A DNA stretch of 64,000 bases from a virus. Lineage: Duplodnaviria; Caudoviricetes. The DNA lies in IMG/VR virus record IMGVR_UViG_3300021387_000106, positions 45,801 through 109,800 of that record, one strand, 5' to 3'. Positions 19,450-30,474 of the stretch are shown here, piece by piece. How positions within the stretch are numbered: position 1 is the first letter of the stretch; the number at the start of each line of letters is the position of its first letter. The notes beneath the pieces are model-generated. The model was not told the origin of the DNA. It searched no databases and saw only the letters and a list, made by a program, of their open reading frames with translations. Both the position numbers and the translations under genes were made by a program.

Positions 19450-19550
19450 CAAAAATAGTAATATATATTTACAAAAGAAATTATGATTTTCTAAAATCTT
19501 GACATTTAAGAGAGGTAAATTTGATTTTAGAGGCTCTTTGATTATCTTTG
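19450..19550. promoter_or_regulatory. Divergent promoter pair around a 22-bp motif
   Basis: Minus-strand TATTTTTG at 19450-19457, motif ATTTTCTAAAATCTTGACATTT at 19486-19507, plus-strand TATCTTTG at 19543-19550. Confidence 0.7.
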
Positions 19551-19574
19551 CAGCGATTGATTATTTTGAGACGT

Positions 19575-20090
19575 ATGGATAAACTTAACAAAACACTCAG
19601 GAATGATGCAATTGGATTCGGTCTCTGCCAACAGTGGCAAGGCGACTGGAAAAGCAATTGGGATAAGGAGAAAATGGTAGCCAAATTCTTTCAGGGAATG
19701 GATTTCTGCCTAAAGCACCGATTCCCGACAAACCAATTCATCATTGACAATTTCGATTTGGATTTCAGACGCAAGAGTAACGTACTTGTTGATGACAAAT
19801 ATTCTTTGCTGAATCCTATCCACGCTCTGATACTCGGCAGCTCTGAGAGTACCATACGCATGAACGCAAGAAATGGCTCTACCATATACATGAGAGATAA
19901 CAGCCACGTCAAACTACTGGCATCCGGCAACTCATTCGTAGTAGTCCATTTGCTCGACAATTCACAAATTGAGGTCAAAACACAAGATAAGGCTCACGTA
20001 GCTGTAATTACTCACTCAAAAGACGCAATACTTATCACAAATTGCAAGGACGTTGTTCTTAGAGAAGAATACAACTGGTTAAAAGAATAG
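19575..20090 (+). CDS. Hypothetical protein in opposite orientation within the tail module
   Basis: MDKLNKTLR start lies after a plus-strand -7 element; C-terminal beta-solenoid-like repeats (DNSHVKL, DNSQIEV). Confidence 0.7.
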   Translation: MDKLNKTLRNDAIGFGLCQQWQGDWKSNWDKEKMVAKFFQGMDFCLKHRFPTNQFIIDNFDLDFRRKSNVLVDDKYSLLNPIHALILGSSESTIRMNARNGSTIYMRDNSHVKLLASGNSFVVVHLLDNSQIEVKTQDKAHVAVITHSKDAILITNCKDVVLREEYNWLKE

Positions 20091-20181
20091 TTTTTTCATT
20101 GAACAATTGTTTTAGGTTAGTAGTAATATTTAGTAGTTTGTTTTTTCTGCAACATTATGTGTGTAATGTTACCGAAACGAG

Positions 20182-20214
20182 GAAGCGGAGATTCGTGAGA
20201 ACCCCCGCTTCTTT
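20182..20214. terminator. Terminator between convergent 19575 gene and tape measure
   Basis: GAAGCGGAG..TTC-GTGA-GAA..CCCCGCTTC followed by TTT. Confidence 0.55.
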
Positions 20215-20247
20215 GCAACTTTGCGACTTTTAAATATAGATATGAAA

Positions 20248-23200
20248 TTATTGAACTGAAATCTTATCTACACCATTTGCGAACTTGTCAAGACGATTGC
20301 TGATATTCTCTATCATACCATAGATTTTACCTGCCTCACTAAATGTTAGTGCCATTGCAGCTACGTTTCTGTCAATGTTTCGCAAGGTGGTATGTACCGA
20401 AGTGATTTGTTCGATGTACGAAGCCCAATACTCCTGAATGAACATTGTAATAAACATTCTGTTCATAGCAACATCAGCTCTGATAGCATTGACATAGCTT
20501 GCTATGATGTCGGCAGTTTCCTCAGTAATACTCTTAATAGAACCACTAAGTGAACTTTCGTCTCTATTCTTAATAGAGAGTCCAGCCTGATTAACACCAC
20601 GCTCAAATTCAGCCAAGAAAACCTCTCCTGCTTTGATTGCAGCCTCACCTTCACCTCCCTTTCCAAAGAACTTAGCAATAATATTTGTAACTTGCTTTGC
20701 ACTCTTTTCGGGATTATCTATGTCAAAAACGCCACCACTCCATGTTCCATCTGCGTTTTGAGTACCAAATAGCTTGTTCTGCAATTTCTGCATAATAGGC
20801 TCAATAATTGCCAATTGCATCATCTTGCCTGCAAGACTGCGAAGAATATCTTCAACAGCTTTCTTATATGCTTTAGCCATATTAGTACCATTTTCAAATG
20901 CAGTAGCAAGAGCATCAGTAAGTTGTTGCGCCCAACCTTTCATGTCAATGCTCCACAACTCATTTGCGAGATCAAGAGCGAAGTAATGTATTTGGTCGTC
21001 GAGTTCGGCAATTTTCTTTTTGTACTCTTCCATTGCCTCGCCCGAACTATCCTTCTTATCTTCTTCCTCATTGTACATTTGCATATACTTCTCTCTTTCG
21101 GAACGAAGATTGGCGAGTTGTTGTTTATAACCAGAACCCTCACCATTTTGCTGATAGTAGTTATACATGGCTTCCTCGGCAGCAGAATTAAATCCTCTAC
21201 CATATCGACTACCCTTTATTATTGCACCCGCAAGACCTGTCAACTTACTTGCGAAATCAACATTTTCTTGATGGTAGTATTGATTGGAATACAATTGACG
21301 CAAATTTCCTGAGTCATATCCTAACGTGCGCTGTCTTGTTTTCAGTATCAGTTCAGTATTGTTAGCAATACGAGACACTTCTTCCTTCAACTCCTGAATC
21401 CTACGTTCACGGCGCTTGTCATGGAGTTTTGCAAAACCAGTAATCGGAGCTGCAATCATGTCGATGGGTGAAGATATAACGCTACTTACAACACCACCTA
21501 TATTACCAGACATAGCGTTTTGCACAATATTGTTTGCAGGAGCAAGGAAAGAAGTACCAGCCTTGATACCATCACTCAAATCTCCCCAGAAGTTTGCAGC
21601 ACCAGTATTGCCTAATGCCTGGAACATATTAGCAAGAGATTGAGTAGCGTTTACCAATCCGTCAGCCACACCAGTAGCCATTTGCAGAATAGTTGCAAAA
21701 CTGCTAAGACTACCAATTACCTTTGATAGCTTGTTTTGCAAATCAACAAGATGCTTCTTTTCTTTCTCTTCATCTTCTGTAAGACCGCCATTTTTCTCTT
21801 TTGTTTCAAGAGCCTGCAATCTGTCTTTTGCAAATTCATTAGAACCTTTTAATCCACCTTGCATAAAGGCAGTAATGGTATTCTGAACACCAAAGAAAGA
21901 ATCTTCACGGAACTTATCAACAACATCACGAATCTTACGCATTTGTTCTGCGTAGGTCTTTGCGTCAATAGTTCCCTTTTTAACGGCTTTATTCAGAGAG
22001 TTTTCAACAGCTTTGGCAGCATCTTCAATAGCTTTCTTTGTCTGACCGATTGCGCCATTCATAAAGTTTATGTATTGCGCACCCATTTGGAATGTTTTCC
22101 ATTCCTTATCAGAATCAAGTTTAGCCATTGCAGCCTTATACTGTTCCTCAGTAATACCAAGAAGATTGCCGTTTGCATCCTTTTCACCATTCTTACGTTG
22201 GTCTCGCAATCTTGTAATAGCCGCAACCTCACGCTCATATTCGTCATTGATACGTCTAAGTTGTGCTTCATAGGTCATTACACTGCCAGTAACCTTTGCG
22301 AATATCTGAACGTCGTTTTTGTAAACGTCACGCTGCAAATCACGCCATTTCTGATATTCTTCAACAAGTCCTTTGATTTGCTCCTGATACTTCTTAACAG
22401 ATGACTCCAGTACTCCCCACCTTTCAGTATCTTCAAAAAGTTTCTGTATTTCGTCATCAGAAAGATTTATATCAAATTCAAGAGAATATCGCCCTCCTGC
22501 TTCCTCAAAGTCCTTTTCTATTTTTTGACGTGTAGCATCAGCAAGATTCTGAGTATTTCCATTCTTGTATTTTGCACCACTGAGCTGATTAGCCAAGGCA
22601 ACATCACCAGTAGATTCACGAACGGAATTGAATAAATCCCACGAACGGGTAAGATTGTCAAGTTGGATTTTAACCTTGCTTGCGAACTCGTCCATTTTGC
22701 GGTTGGCTTCCTCATAGTCCACGTTGCTGATAGCATCACGCAACTGCTTGATAGCCTCTACCATGTAAGAGTTCTTATGCTTTGGAGTCTTATACAACTT
22801 CATTGCCTCGTTGAGCAATTCAGTGAGATTCTTCTTATAAGTAGGAATGGAATCCAAAGTAAGATTGGTTTTCCAAGTCTTATTGAACTCGTCAAACAAT
22901 GGTTGGAACTGAGCCTGAACTTTCTTCAAAGCACCAGCCTCACCAACTTGTTTCTCGTACTTGTTATACCAGTCGTAGGCATCCTTGTAGAGTTTTGCAA
23001 TCTCACGCAAGCGTTTAGCCTCTTTATCCTCTTGCTTACCCTTGTTGCCTTTAGTCGGGTCTGTTTCAGGATAGCCCTCTTTCTTTAGCCAACTCTTATC
23101 TTCCTGAACAGCCATCAAAGCATCATAGTAAGGCTTGATTTCTTTGTCGATACGACTATAAATAGCTTGCGCACCATCCCAATCACCATTCATGGCTTTC

Positions 23201-26200
23201 TTCTGACCTTCAATAGCCAATTTATCCATAAGAGCGCGTAACTTATCTGCGTTCATCAGCACATCAGTATCAATGTTCAAAGTCATTTTAAGATGTGCTT
23301 GATTGCGTTTAAGATAGGCTTGCTTTTCCTTCAAGTCTTTCTGAACAGCTTGTGCAAATTCATCAAGACTCTTATCAAAGTTAGTCTTTATGGCGATATT
23401 CTCAACAAATACTTGTGATGCACGTTTCTGCCAGTCAGTTTTCAACTTAACGGCATTTAATTTTGCATCCAAACCATCACGATATGCCTCTGCATGATTC
23501 ATTCCAAGTTTCTCCATATCGTAACCCATAGACTCACCCCACTTAATAGTAAGTTCAGAATATTTCTGCAAGGCCTTTTCTGCCTCTTCTGGTGAAGTTG
23601 ATTCCTTGATGGTATTACCAACGAGACCCATGAATTGCTCCATTAATATACGCTTCTGCATTTCGTCGATAATACTACCCTGCATATTCTTAGGAAGGTA
23701 CTCACGCATAGCTTCAAGCATTAATCGAGTTGCATCTTCCATAACACGCGGGTCTGTAATACCTGACATAGAAAGCAGTTTCTTCATGTAGGTACTTATT
23801 GCATAGATAGCACCATCGGGATCATTACTGAACTCGTTCACGATAATGGATGACATTTTCTCTGCCATTTCCTTTGTGTCTGCTTCGAGTTGTTGATATT
23901 GACCTCTAAGTGTTCTGCCAAAACCACCCTGAGTTGCATTTCTAAAGACTTTCCCTGCAAGAGTATCATATATGTCTCTATTCGGAACACCATTCTTAGC
24001 CCAATCTGCAAACAAATGGGAAAGTGCATCATTCTTTGAGCCAAGAGAATATTTCTTCTGCAATTCAGCAATTTTACCGCCTAATTGCTTATCAATTCTA
24101 TCTATGATTTCTTCGTTGATGCCGCTAATATCTTTCTCAGCATCATTCAGTCTCTCGGCATAATCCTTAATATCGGTAGTATAAGAATCTCCAAACAGAC
24201 GAGTAAACCAGTTAGAGCCTGCCACATCAACATCAGCATCAGTTATGACATTCGACATTGCTTCTGTCACATCGTTTGCATGACGAATACTTTCAAGTTT
24301 ACGGACAATTAACTTGAATTGCTCTACCTGATTGTTCATCTTGTCAATATCTACGAGGTCGCCCTCATACATTGGTGACAAATCGGCAAGTTTATTCTTT
24401 AGTTCCTCAATCCTTTGTGTCAAGTCCTCTTTGCTCAGTGCGTCGTCATTGAACTCTACAAGATTGGAAACAACACGTTTGCCTGCAACAAACTTTCCTG
24501 ATGCTTCATCAATACTCTTGATAAAGTTATCATCCTGCAATTCCTTGAATATATCACCAAGTACTTTCAAGTCGGAAGTTGCTTTCTCTGCAAGATCGTG
24601 ACTTGCTTCCTCTGCCTTACTCTTCATTTCGCTAACACGGGCAAACATATCCATAATGACCGTCAATGCAGCCATTGGTAAAGCAATCTTTCCAAAACTC
24701 CATATAGCCGAACCAGCCTTTCGGATTGCATTGCCTAATGTTATCCATGCAACACGCATCTTCGATACTGATGTTACACTTCTAAGTTCCCAAAGCATAA
24801 CAGCTTTTGCGTGACGTTCCTCTGCTGTTGCTGCCTTCATTGCAAGAACGGCTTCAAGGGCTAATTCCTTATTGATTTTACCCAAGGCAACTGCACGGAA
24901 CAATTCTTCCTGAGAGAGTTTCTTGGTACTCAGCAATACGGCAAGGTTACTTGCAGTCAGTTTGCCAGAAGTGGCATACCAGTGAGAATGAGTAGCAAGG
25001 AGTTTCCATTCCTCTGCTGTCAAAGCACGATATTCTTTTGCAAGACGTAGAATGTTGACCTCTTCTTTCTGATGCGCTGCTGCTTGATTCAGAACAGAAA
25101 CGGTATTAGCACCGATAGCTTGATTATACGCAAGAGTGGCTATCTTTGCAACACCTAATACTCCTACGACACCTAACATATCCTTACCATATCTTCCCCA
25201 TTCCTTTGCGCCTGCTGTAAGCGTTTCTGCAATTTTCTTCAATGCAGTACCAACACCACTTTCAGCAATTTCGCCATACATAATATCAAATGCGTCGCGC
25301 AAGTTCTTGAATTTGGCGTTAAGAGCCTGAGACATAACTTCCTGTGCCTCGTAGAACATACCACCTTCATCAGTCAACTGGCGCAAAACTTCCTGAACGT
25401 CCTCATAGGAAATTTCCTTCTTGCGGACTTTCTCACGAACTTGCTTTGTGCTGATACCAAGATTCTCAGAAAGCATCCTCAGTACTGGCACGTTACCCAT
25501 AGCGAACTGTCTCAGAGTGTAGCCGGACAAAGCACCCTCAGAACGAACGTGACCTAATGCCAAAGCGAGTCGGTCAACACTCGTACCAGTTGCAGCCGAA
25601 ATGTCTGCAAGTCGCTTAGTCCAATCGTAAAGTTCCTTGTATTCAAAGCCGTATGCGGTGAGTTGCTTTGACATCTTATCAAGTTCAACTACACCAAAAG
25701 GCGACTTAACAGCCAATGCTTTGATTTGTCCGAACAATTCCGTTGCCTGACCTGCATTTTGCAAGATAGCACCGATAGACAAACGCTGTTGCTCCAACAA
25801 ACCGCCAGTCTCAATAATACTATTAATAAAGGATTGTGCGCCCCAAACGGAAATATACTGCATAGCCAGCATCTTCAAGTCAGAAAGTACCTGAGATTGC
25901 CCCTTCATGGAATCGGTAGCACCTCTAATTGAATTGGCAAGACGTTGCTCTGATTCTGTAAGTTGGTTATTCACATTGGCAGCTACACGTTTATTTATAT
26001 TGAGCTGATGAATTGCATCGTTAGCTTCCTTATTTGCGGCATTGAGACCCATATTGCTTGCAATCTCTTTGCCAGAGGTGCCGTATGAAGAGAAACCAGT
26101 ACGTCCGAAGTTTGCCAATTCCTGCTGAATGGCACGAATCTTATCAATAGCGTTCTGCAAAGGAGTGGTATCAATGCCAGCCTTTGCGAAGTCAACCTTT

Positions 26201-29200
26201 ACGAGATTTAGCTTATCAATCCTATTACCAAGATTCTCAGCAGTACGCTGTGCAGCCTTCATTCTGCTTTCAGCATCCCTCAAATCCTGAGTAAACTGGC
26301 TCAGATTATTCTTATTGTAGAAAGAACTTGATTTGACGTTATTGTGTGCCAAAGCCTCAGAAGCCAACATTCCCTGACGGATTCCGAAATCCTGAACGGT
26401 GGCAGTATTGGAAGTACGACCATTATTGCTATAAATCTCCTTCATCAACTGGCGAACCTTTTCAAGATACTCGATGTATCTGTCAAGACCAGACACGTCA
26501 ACATTAGCCGTAATACCTCTTGCACGAAGGGCTTGCAACTCATTCAGCTTCGCACCAAGTTCATTATACTTAACGTAGGCATCATTTACGCTCTTGATTT
26601 CGTCTTTCAGACGTTTATCATCGGCTCTATCAGAACGTCTATTAGACTGTTGCTGTGCAGTAGTCAAACGTTCCTCAGACTTACGGAGTGCATCGGTATC
26701 ATCACGAAGTGTACGGATATTCTTAATACGCTTCTCAACAAGCACGTTGTTCTGCATATCGGCAGGAGTCATACCTTTCAGCAAGTTCAACTGACCCTGC
26801 AACTTGCTACGTGCATCAGTGAGAATAGTCATATCACGTCCTGGGGTGGCAGTACCGCGACTGATAGCGGAATCCAACTTACGCATTTGCGCCTCAGTAC
26901 GCTCTATTTCCTTCTGAATATCCTTTTGAGCCTGAATAGCCGCTTTAGCCTTTTCTTGCTCTGCCTTTGCGTAGGTTTTCATCTGAGACTCCTGCCAACG
27001 CTCAACATTCTTCTGGTATTCCTGTTCCTGCCTTGCAGCTTCTTTCTTCGACTGGTTGGTAAAACGCTCTACCTCTTTATTATATTCATTCTCTGCCTTG
27101 ATGCGCTCCCTTGTGAAAGCGTTCAAGTCAGTAACCATTTGCTTAGAGTCTTTAAGCGTATGGGTATTGTCGGGATTGATGACGGAAGCATAGCCGTGAC
27201 GAGTACCAAGCAATTGCTCATTCGTCATGGCAGTAAGAATCTCCTGCTTGATAGCGTTCAATCGGTTAATCTGCTGTGCAACGGCTTTCGTCATATCTTC
27301 ATCAGCATACTGCGAAGCGTTGCGCCATGCTCTCATAATACCTTGAATGGCATCCTGAACGTTATAAAGTCCAGTTTCAAGACGTGTGGTATTCCATTGC
27401 TTGATAGAGGCATTGGCATCAGTCAATGACATATCCTTTACCAATTGCCTTGCGGCGGCAGACGTATCGGTAATGCTATGTTTCAACTTGTCGTAATGAG
27501 CATTGAACATAGCAACATCATCGGCTCTACCAGGCAACGGCAACTTCAATGACTGAGGTGTATTCAGGAATCGGATAATATCGGGATTGTCACGATTCTG
27601 CAAGATAAGGCTTATCCATCTGTTGAGCGTTTGCAGATAGTTCATATTGGAATCTTGAACAGCTTGCAGCTTATCCATTCCTGCAACCTTATGACCTTCC
27701 ATATACTTAGAACTACCCTCTGCAAGTTTCATCATGCGCTCAATATGAGCTTGCTCCTTGATAAGTGTCTGAATGTTCAACTCACCAACACGATTGATGG
27801 TTTCCATAGCAGCACCTACACCGCCAAAGCCTTTCGAGCCAGTGGAATTGAACTCTTCAACACGCTCTTTGAGTTTCTGAATGGCAGTCTCAAAGGATTC
27901 GGCAGCACGACGACCAGAAAGAATTTCCTCAACTATCTTTTGGAAATCCTTAACGGCTTTGTCGCTCCACATTTCCTTAGTCTGCTTACCCATCAGCAAC
28001 TCACCATTGAACTTAGTGGCATCGGCTTTCAATGCACCAGGCTTAGAGAGCGTATCAGTCATAGTGGCTACCTTCTGCAACCACTCGTAATACTCTCTGA
28101 GCTTCAATAGTCTTTGCTCCAGTCCGTCATCACGAAGTTTCTGATTGCTCAGTTTCTCGTACTCAACGGCAATCTGAGTCAGAGCCTCATAGACATTCTT
28201 CGTATGGTTCTTTAATACGTCGAGGTTTGCATTAAGGGTGGTTTCGCTACCTTTCTTCTCTGATTGCATCTTCATACCCTCAACACTCTTCGAGAGTTCA
28301 TCAACCTTCTGCTTTGCACTGGCAGCATCACTTTCTACTTTCTTGAATGTCTCAGGTGTGACAATGGCTTTCAGAGACGATTCCATGCGATTTGTCGATT
28401 CCCACAACAAATCCATTGACTTTTTTAGTTGAGCAACTGCCTCATTGAGAGTCTTGATAGTAGGCTCAATAGATGACAAGTCAATGTTGAATGAAGGAAC
28501 TTGCACGTTCTGAACACCAGTTGCCTTCACCATTGCCAGTTTCTCCCATTGCTCTACGACCTGAGTAATCTTCTTACGCAGTTCCTCGAATTGGGCTACC
28601 ATCGTAGCAATAGTTCCTTTATCCTGACCCCATGAGCCGATAGCCATTTTGAGGTTATTGGTGGCAGTAGTCAGTTCTTGCGTAGCCGTAAGGAGTTTCT
28701 GAATAGCTTCTGCATTGGCTTTTGAGGCAGATGCAGCCTTATCTTCGGCAGAAGAAGTCTCATCAACTGCTGCTGCATTCTTTTTACGGGCCTGAGTTTC
28801 TTTCTGAATAGATTCGGTAGTCTGATTTTTCGCACGATTGGCACGTTCCTGACTCTCCGATATTTTTTCGAGATTCTTTGCACCTTCGCCAAGTGATTTC
28901 AAGTTCTTGGTACTCTCCTTAACGGAAGTGCCAGCAGCAGTAAGTACCTCAGAAAGATTCTTAAAGGCAGTGGCGAAGGAATCAATGATAGGACTGCCAG
29001 ACAACCCGGATTTCTTCAATTCATCCATCTGTGACTGAACAGCCTCCATTTCCTTTTTGACCTCAGTGAAAGCCCCCATCTTACCACCTGAGAACGATTC
29101 GCCTGAGCTCATGATGTATGCTGATTTCCTACTCAGCATATCCATTGTGTTAGCGAGTTCAAGGAACTTCGCAATATCCTCACGATTACCTCCCAATATG

Positions 29201-30108
29201 GTATAGAGATTCTTTGTAGCTAACGTGGCAACGGAAATCGAATCAGCGACACGAAGGATAGAAGCGGCAGTAGCTTGTGCCTGCGCTTCCTCGGCTTTCA
29301 AAGCGGCAGCAGCAGTATTCGTAGCAGTAGCCAAAGAATCCTCGCTGACCTTCACATCGGCTTTCTTCTCATTAAGATTGCCAAAGGCTTTAGCCAAAGC
29401 CTGCGCCATCTTGGAAGTTCCTTCATCTACCTTTGCGACATCAGTAGCCATATCCTTAACACCACTTCCAGTACCAAGGCTCTTCAACTGGCTAACCAAG
29501 GAACTGAAAGCATTGACAAGGGCATCTACCTTTGTAGTAAGACCGCCAACCTCACCAGAAAGCGACTCCATACCAGCCTTTGAACCACCGATACGAGCCA
29601 TATTCTCCTGAATGGTGTTACCCATATTCTTGAAGGTGTCCATTGTGGCACGGGCTACATTCTCGCTCAAACCAAATTCCTTCTCCAAGTTGGCTCTTGC
29701 GGTACGATACACCTGACCTAATGCCATAGTGGGACCAGTGACATCAGCCTGACCTTCTTTCAGTCCTGCTTTCTCCCTTGCTTTCTGATAGTTCTCATAG
29801 GCAACAGTCACTTTCTGCAACTGCTTTTCGAGATTGCTATAATCAATATCCTTTGGAATCATGCCAAGACGAACCATTGAGGCCTGCAAATTGTCAATCT
29901 TATGCAGCAACGGCTCTAACATCTTACCATCACCCAACTGCTTCAAAGCATCAAGGAACGTCTTTAAGTCGTTGGATTTCTCCAATTGCACCTTTAGACT
30001 GATAGAGTTGTCGGCCATCTTAGCAAGAGCCTTTACCTCTTCCAGTATCTTGTTGTATTCCTCGTTGGCACGTTTGATACCAACTTCAAACATGAGAGTG
30101 TTAGCCAT
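20248..30108 (-). CDS. Tape measure protein
   Basis: 3286 aa, helical; core LFGQIKALAVKSPFGVVELDKMSKQLTAYG...RLADISAATG; follows the tail chaperones. Confidence 0.92.
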   Translation of the reverse strand: MANTLMFEVGIKRANEEYNKILEEVKALAKMADNSISLKVQLEKSNDLKTFLDALKQLGDGKMLEPLLHKIDNLQASMVRLGMIPKDIDYSNLEKQLQKVTVAYENYQKAREKAGLKEGQADVTGPTMALGQVYRTARANLEKEFGLSENVARATMDTFKNMGNTIQENMARIGGSKAGMESLSGEVGGLTTKVDALVNAFSSLVSQLKSLGTGSGVKDMATDVAKVDEGTSKMAQALAKAFGNLNEKKADVKVSEDSLATATNTAAAALKAEEAQAQATAASILRVADSISVATLATKNLYTILGGNREDIAKFLELANTMDMLSRKSAYIMSSGESFSGGKMGAFTEVKKEMEAVQSQMDELKKSGLSGSPIIDSFATAFKNLSEVLTAAGTSVKESTKNLKSLGEGAKNLEKISESQERANRAKNQTTESIQKETQARKKNAAAVDETSSAEDKAASASKANAEAIQKLLTATQELTTATNNLKMAIGSWGQDKGTIATMVAQFEELRKKITQVVEQWEKLAMVKATGVQNVQVPSFNIDLSSIEPTIKTLNEAVAQLKKSMDLLWESTNRMESSLKAIVTPETFKKVESDAASAKQKVDELSKSVEGMKMQSEKKGSETTLNANLDVLKNHTKNVYEALTQIAVEYEKLSNQKLRDDGLEQRLLKLREYYEWLQKVATMTDTLSKPGALKADATKFNGELLMGKQTKEMWSDKAVKDFQKIVEEILSGRRAAESFETAIQKLKERVEEFNSTGSKGFGGVGAAMETINRVGELNIQTLIKEQAHIERMMKLAEGSSKYMEGHKVAGMDKLQAVQDSNMNYLQTLNRWISLILQNRDNPDIIRFLNTPQSLKLPLPGRADDVAMFNAHYDKLKHSITDTSAAARQLVKDMSLTDANASIKQWNTTRLETGLYNVQDAIQGIMRAWRNASQYADEDMTKAVAQQINRLNAIKQEILTAMTNEQLLGTRHGYASVINPDNTHTLKDSKQMVTDLNAFTRERIKAENEYNKEVERFTNQSKKEAARQEQEYQKNVERWQESQMKTYAKAEQEKAKAAIQAQKDIQKEIERTEAQMRKLDSAISRGTATPGRDMTILTDARSKLQGQLNLLKGMTPADMQNNVLVEKRIKNIRTLRDDTDALRKSEERLTTAQQQSNRRSDRADDKRLKDEIKSVNDAYVKYNELGAKLNELQALRARGITANVDVSGLDRYIEYLEKVRQLMKEIYSNNGRTSNTATVQDFGIRQGMLASEALAHNNVKSSSFYNKNNLSQFTQDLRDAESRMKAAQRTAENLGNRIDKLNLVKVDFAKAGIDTTPLQNAIDKIRAIQQELANFGRTGFSSYGTSGKEIASNMGLNAANKEANDAIHQLNINKRVAANVNNQLTESEQRLANSIRGATDSMKGQSQVLSDLKMLAMQYISVWGAQSFINSIIETGGLLEQQRLSIGAILQNAGQATELFGQIKALAVKSPFGVVELDKMSKQLTAYGFEYKELYDWTKRLADISAATGTSVDRLALALGHVRSEGALSGYTLRQFAMGNVPVLRMLSENLGISTKQVREKVRKKEISYEDVQEVLRQLTDEGGMFYEAQEVMSQALNAKFKNLRDAFDIMYGEIAESGVGTALKKIAETLTAGAKEWGRYGKDMLGVVGVLGVAKIATLAYNQAIGANTVSVLNQAAAHQKEEVNILRLAKEYRALTAEEWKLLATHSHWYATSGKLTASNLAVLLSTKKLSQEELFRAVALGKINKELALEAVLAMKAATAEERHAKAVMLWELRSVTSVSKMRVAWITLGNAIRKAGSAIWSFGKIALPMAALTVIMDMFARVSEMKSKAEEASHDLAEKATSDLKVLGDIFKELQDDNFIKSIDEASGKFVAGKRVVSNLVEFNDDALSKEDLTQRIEELKNKLADLSPMYEGDLVDIDKMNNQVEQFKLIVRKLESIRHANDVTEAMSNVITDADVDVAGSNWFTRLFGDSYTTDIKDYAERLNDAEKDISGINEEIIDRIDKQLGGKIAELQKKYSLGSKNDALSHLFADWAKNGVPNRDIYDTLAGKVFRNATQGGFGRTLRGQYQQLEADTKEMAEKMSSIIVNEFSNDPDGAIYAISTYMKKLLSMSGITDPRVMEDATRLMLEAMREYLPKNMQGSIIDEMQKRILMEQFMGLVGNTIKESTSPEEAEKALQKYSELTIKWGESMGYDMEKLGMNHAEAYRDGLDAKLNAVKLKTDWQKRASQVFVENIAIKTNFDKSLDEFAQAVQKDLKEKQAYLKRNQAHLKMTLNIDTDVLMNADKLRALMDKLAIEGQKKAMNGDWDGAQAIYSRIDKEIKPYYDALMAVQEDKSWLKKEGYPETDPTKGNKGKQEDKEAKRLREIAKLYKDAYDWYNKYEKQVGEAGALKKVQAQFQPLFDEFNKTWKTNLTLDSIPTYKKNLTELLNEAMKLYKTPKHKNSYMVEAIKQLRDAISNVDYEEANRKMDEFASKVKIQLDNLTRSWDLFNSVRESTGDVALANQLSGAKYKNGNTQNLADATRQKIEKDFEEAGGRYSLEFDINLSDDEIQKLFEDTERWGVLESSVKKYQEQIKGLVEEYQKWRDLQRDVYKNDVQIFAKVTGSVMTYEAQLRRINDEYEREVAAITRLRDQRKNGEKDANGNLLGITEEQYKAAMAKLDSDKEWKTFQMGAQYINFMNGAIGQTKKAIEDAAKAVENSLNKAVKKGTIDAKTYAEQMRKIRDVVDKFREDSFFGVQNTITAFMQGGLKGSNEFAKDRLQALETKEKNGGLTEDEEKEKKHLVDLQNKLSKVIGSLSSFATILQMATGVADGLVNATQSLANMFQALGNTGAANFWGDLSDGIKAGTSFLAPANNIVQNAMSGNIGGVVSSVISSPIDMIAAPITGFAKLHDKRRERRIQELKEEVSRIANNTELILKTRQRTLGYDSGNLRQLYSNQYYHQENVDFASKLTGLAGAIIKGSRYGRGFNSAAEEAMYNYYQQNGEGSGYKQQLANLRSEREKYMQMYNEEEDKKDSSGEAMEEYKKKIAELDDQIHYFALDLANELWSIDMKGWAQQLTDALATAFENGTNMAKAYKKAVEDILRSLAGKMMQLAIIEPIMQKLQNKLFGTQNADGTWSGGVFDIDNPEKSAKQVTNIIAKFFGKGGEGEAAIKAGEVFLAEFERGVNQAGLSIKNRDESSLSGSIKSITEETADIIASYVNAIRADVAMNRMFITMFIQEYWASYIEQITSVHTTLRNIDRNVAAMALTFSEAGKIYGMIENISNRLDKFANGVDKISVQ

Positions 30109-30186
30109 ATCTTCTATATTTTAATTATTGTCGCAAAATTTTCGTTCCAATCCACTTTCTACCAATAGCAAATGCAGAGCGTACTA

Positions 30187-30474
30187 TCACCCTGCATCCT
30201 TATCATTAGGAATCTTCTCTCCAGTAGCAAGGAAATGAGCCATATTGTACTTTCGCTTTGCCTTACGCTCTTTCCATTTCTCAACGGCTCTCTTCATCTT
30301 CACTTCATCGGGTCTGTAATTTGGATCGCCTGGTTTTGGTTTGTTGTTGTCATCATGTTTATACACCACAATAGGTTGGTCGATTGAACGCAACTCAATC
30401 TGCGCCGCAGTCCTGCCCCATAGCCATTCCCAATCATTAACCGAATACAAACCGAAGAAAAAATCCTTACGCAT
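30187..30474 (-). CDS. Tail assembly chaperone, second (-1 frameshift) segment
   Basis: In the -1 frame relative to 30474..31031, and that frame is open back to the A10 run. Confidence 0.65.
   Translation of the reverse strand: MRKDFFFGLYSVNDWEWLWGRTAAQIELRSIDQPIVVYKHDDNNKPKPGDPNYRPDEVKMKRAVEKWKERKAKRKYNMAHFLATGEKIPNDKDAG

Noticed and set aside
26344-27429. 361-aa plus-strand ORF and other antisense ORFs over structural genes
   Set aside because: These are antisense shadows of codon-biased genes with no protein-like features or start context.
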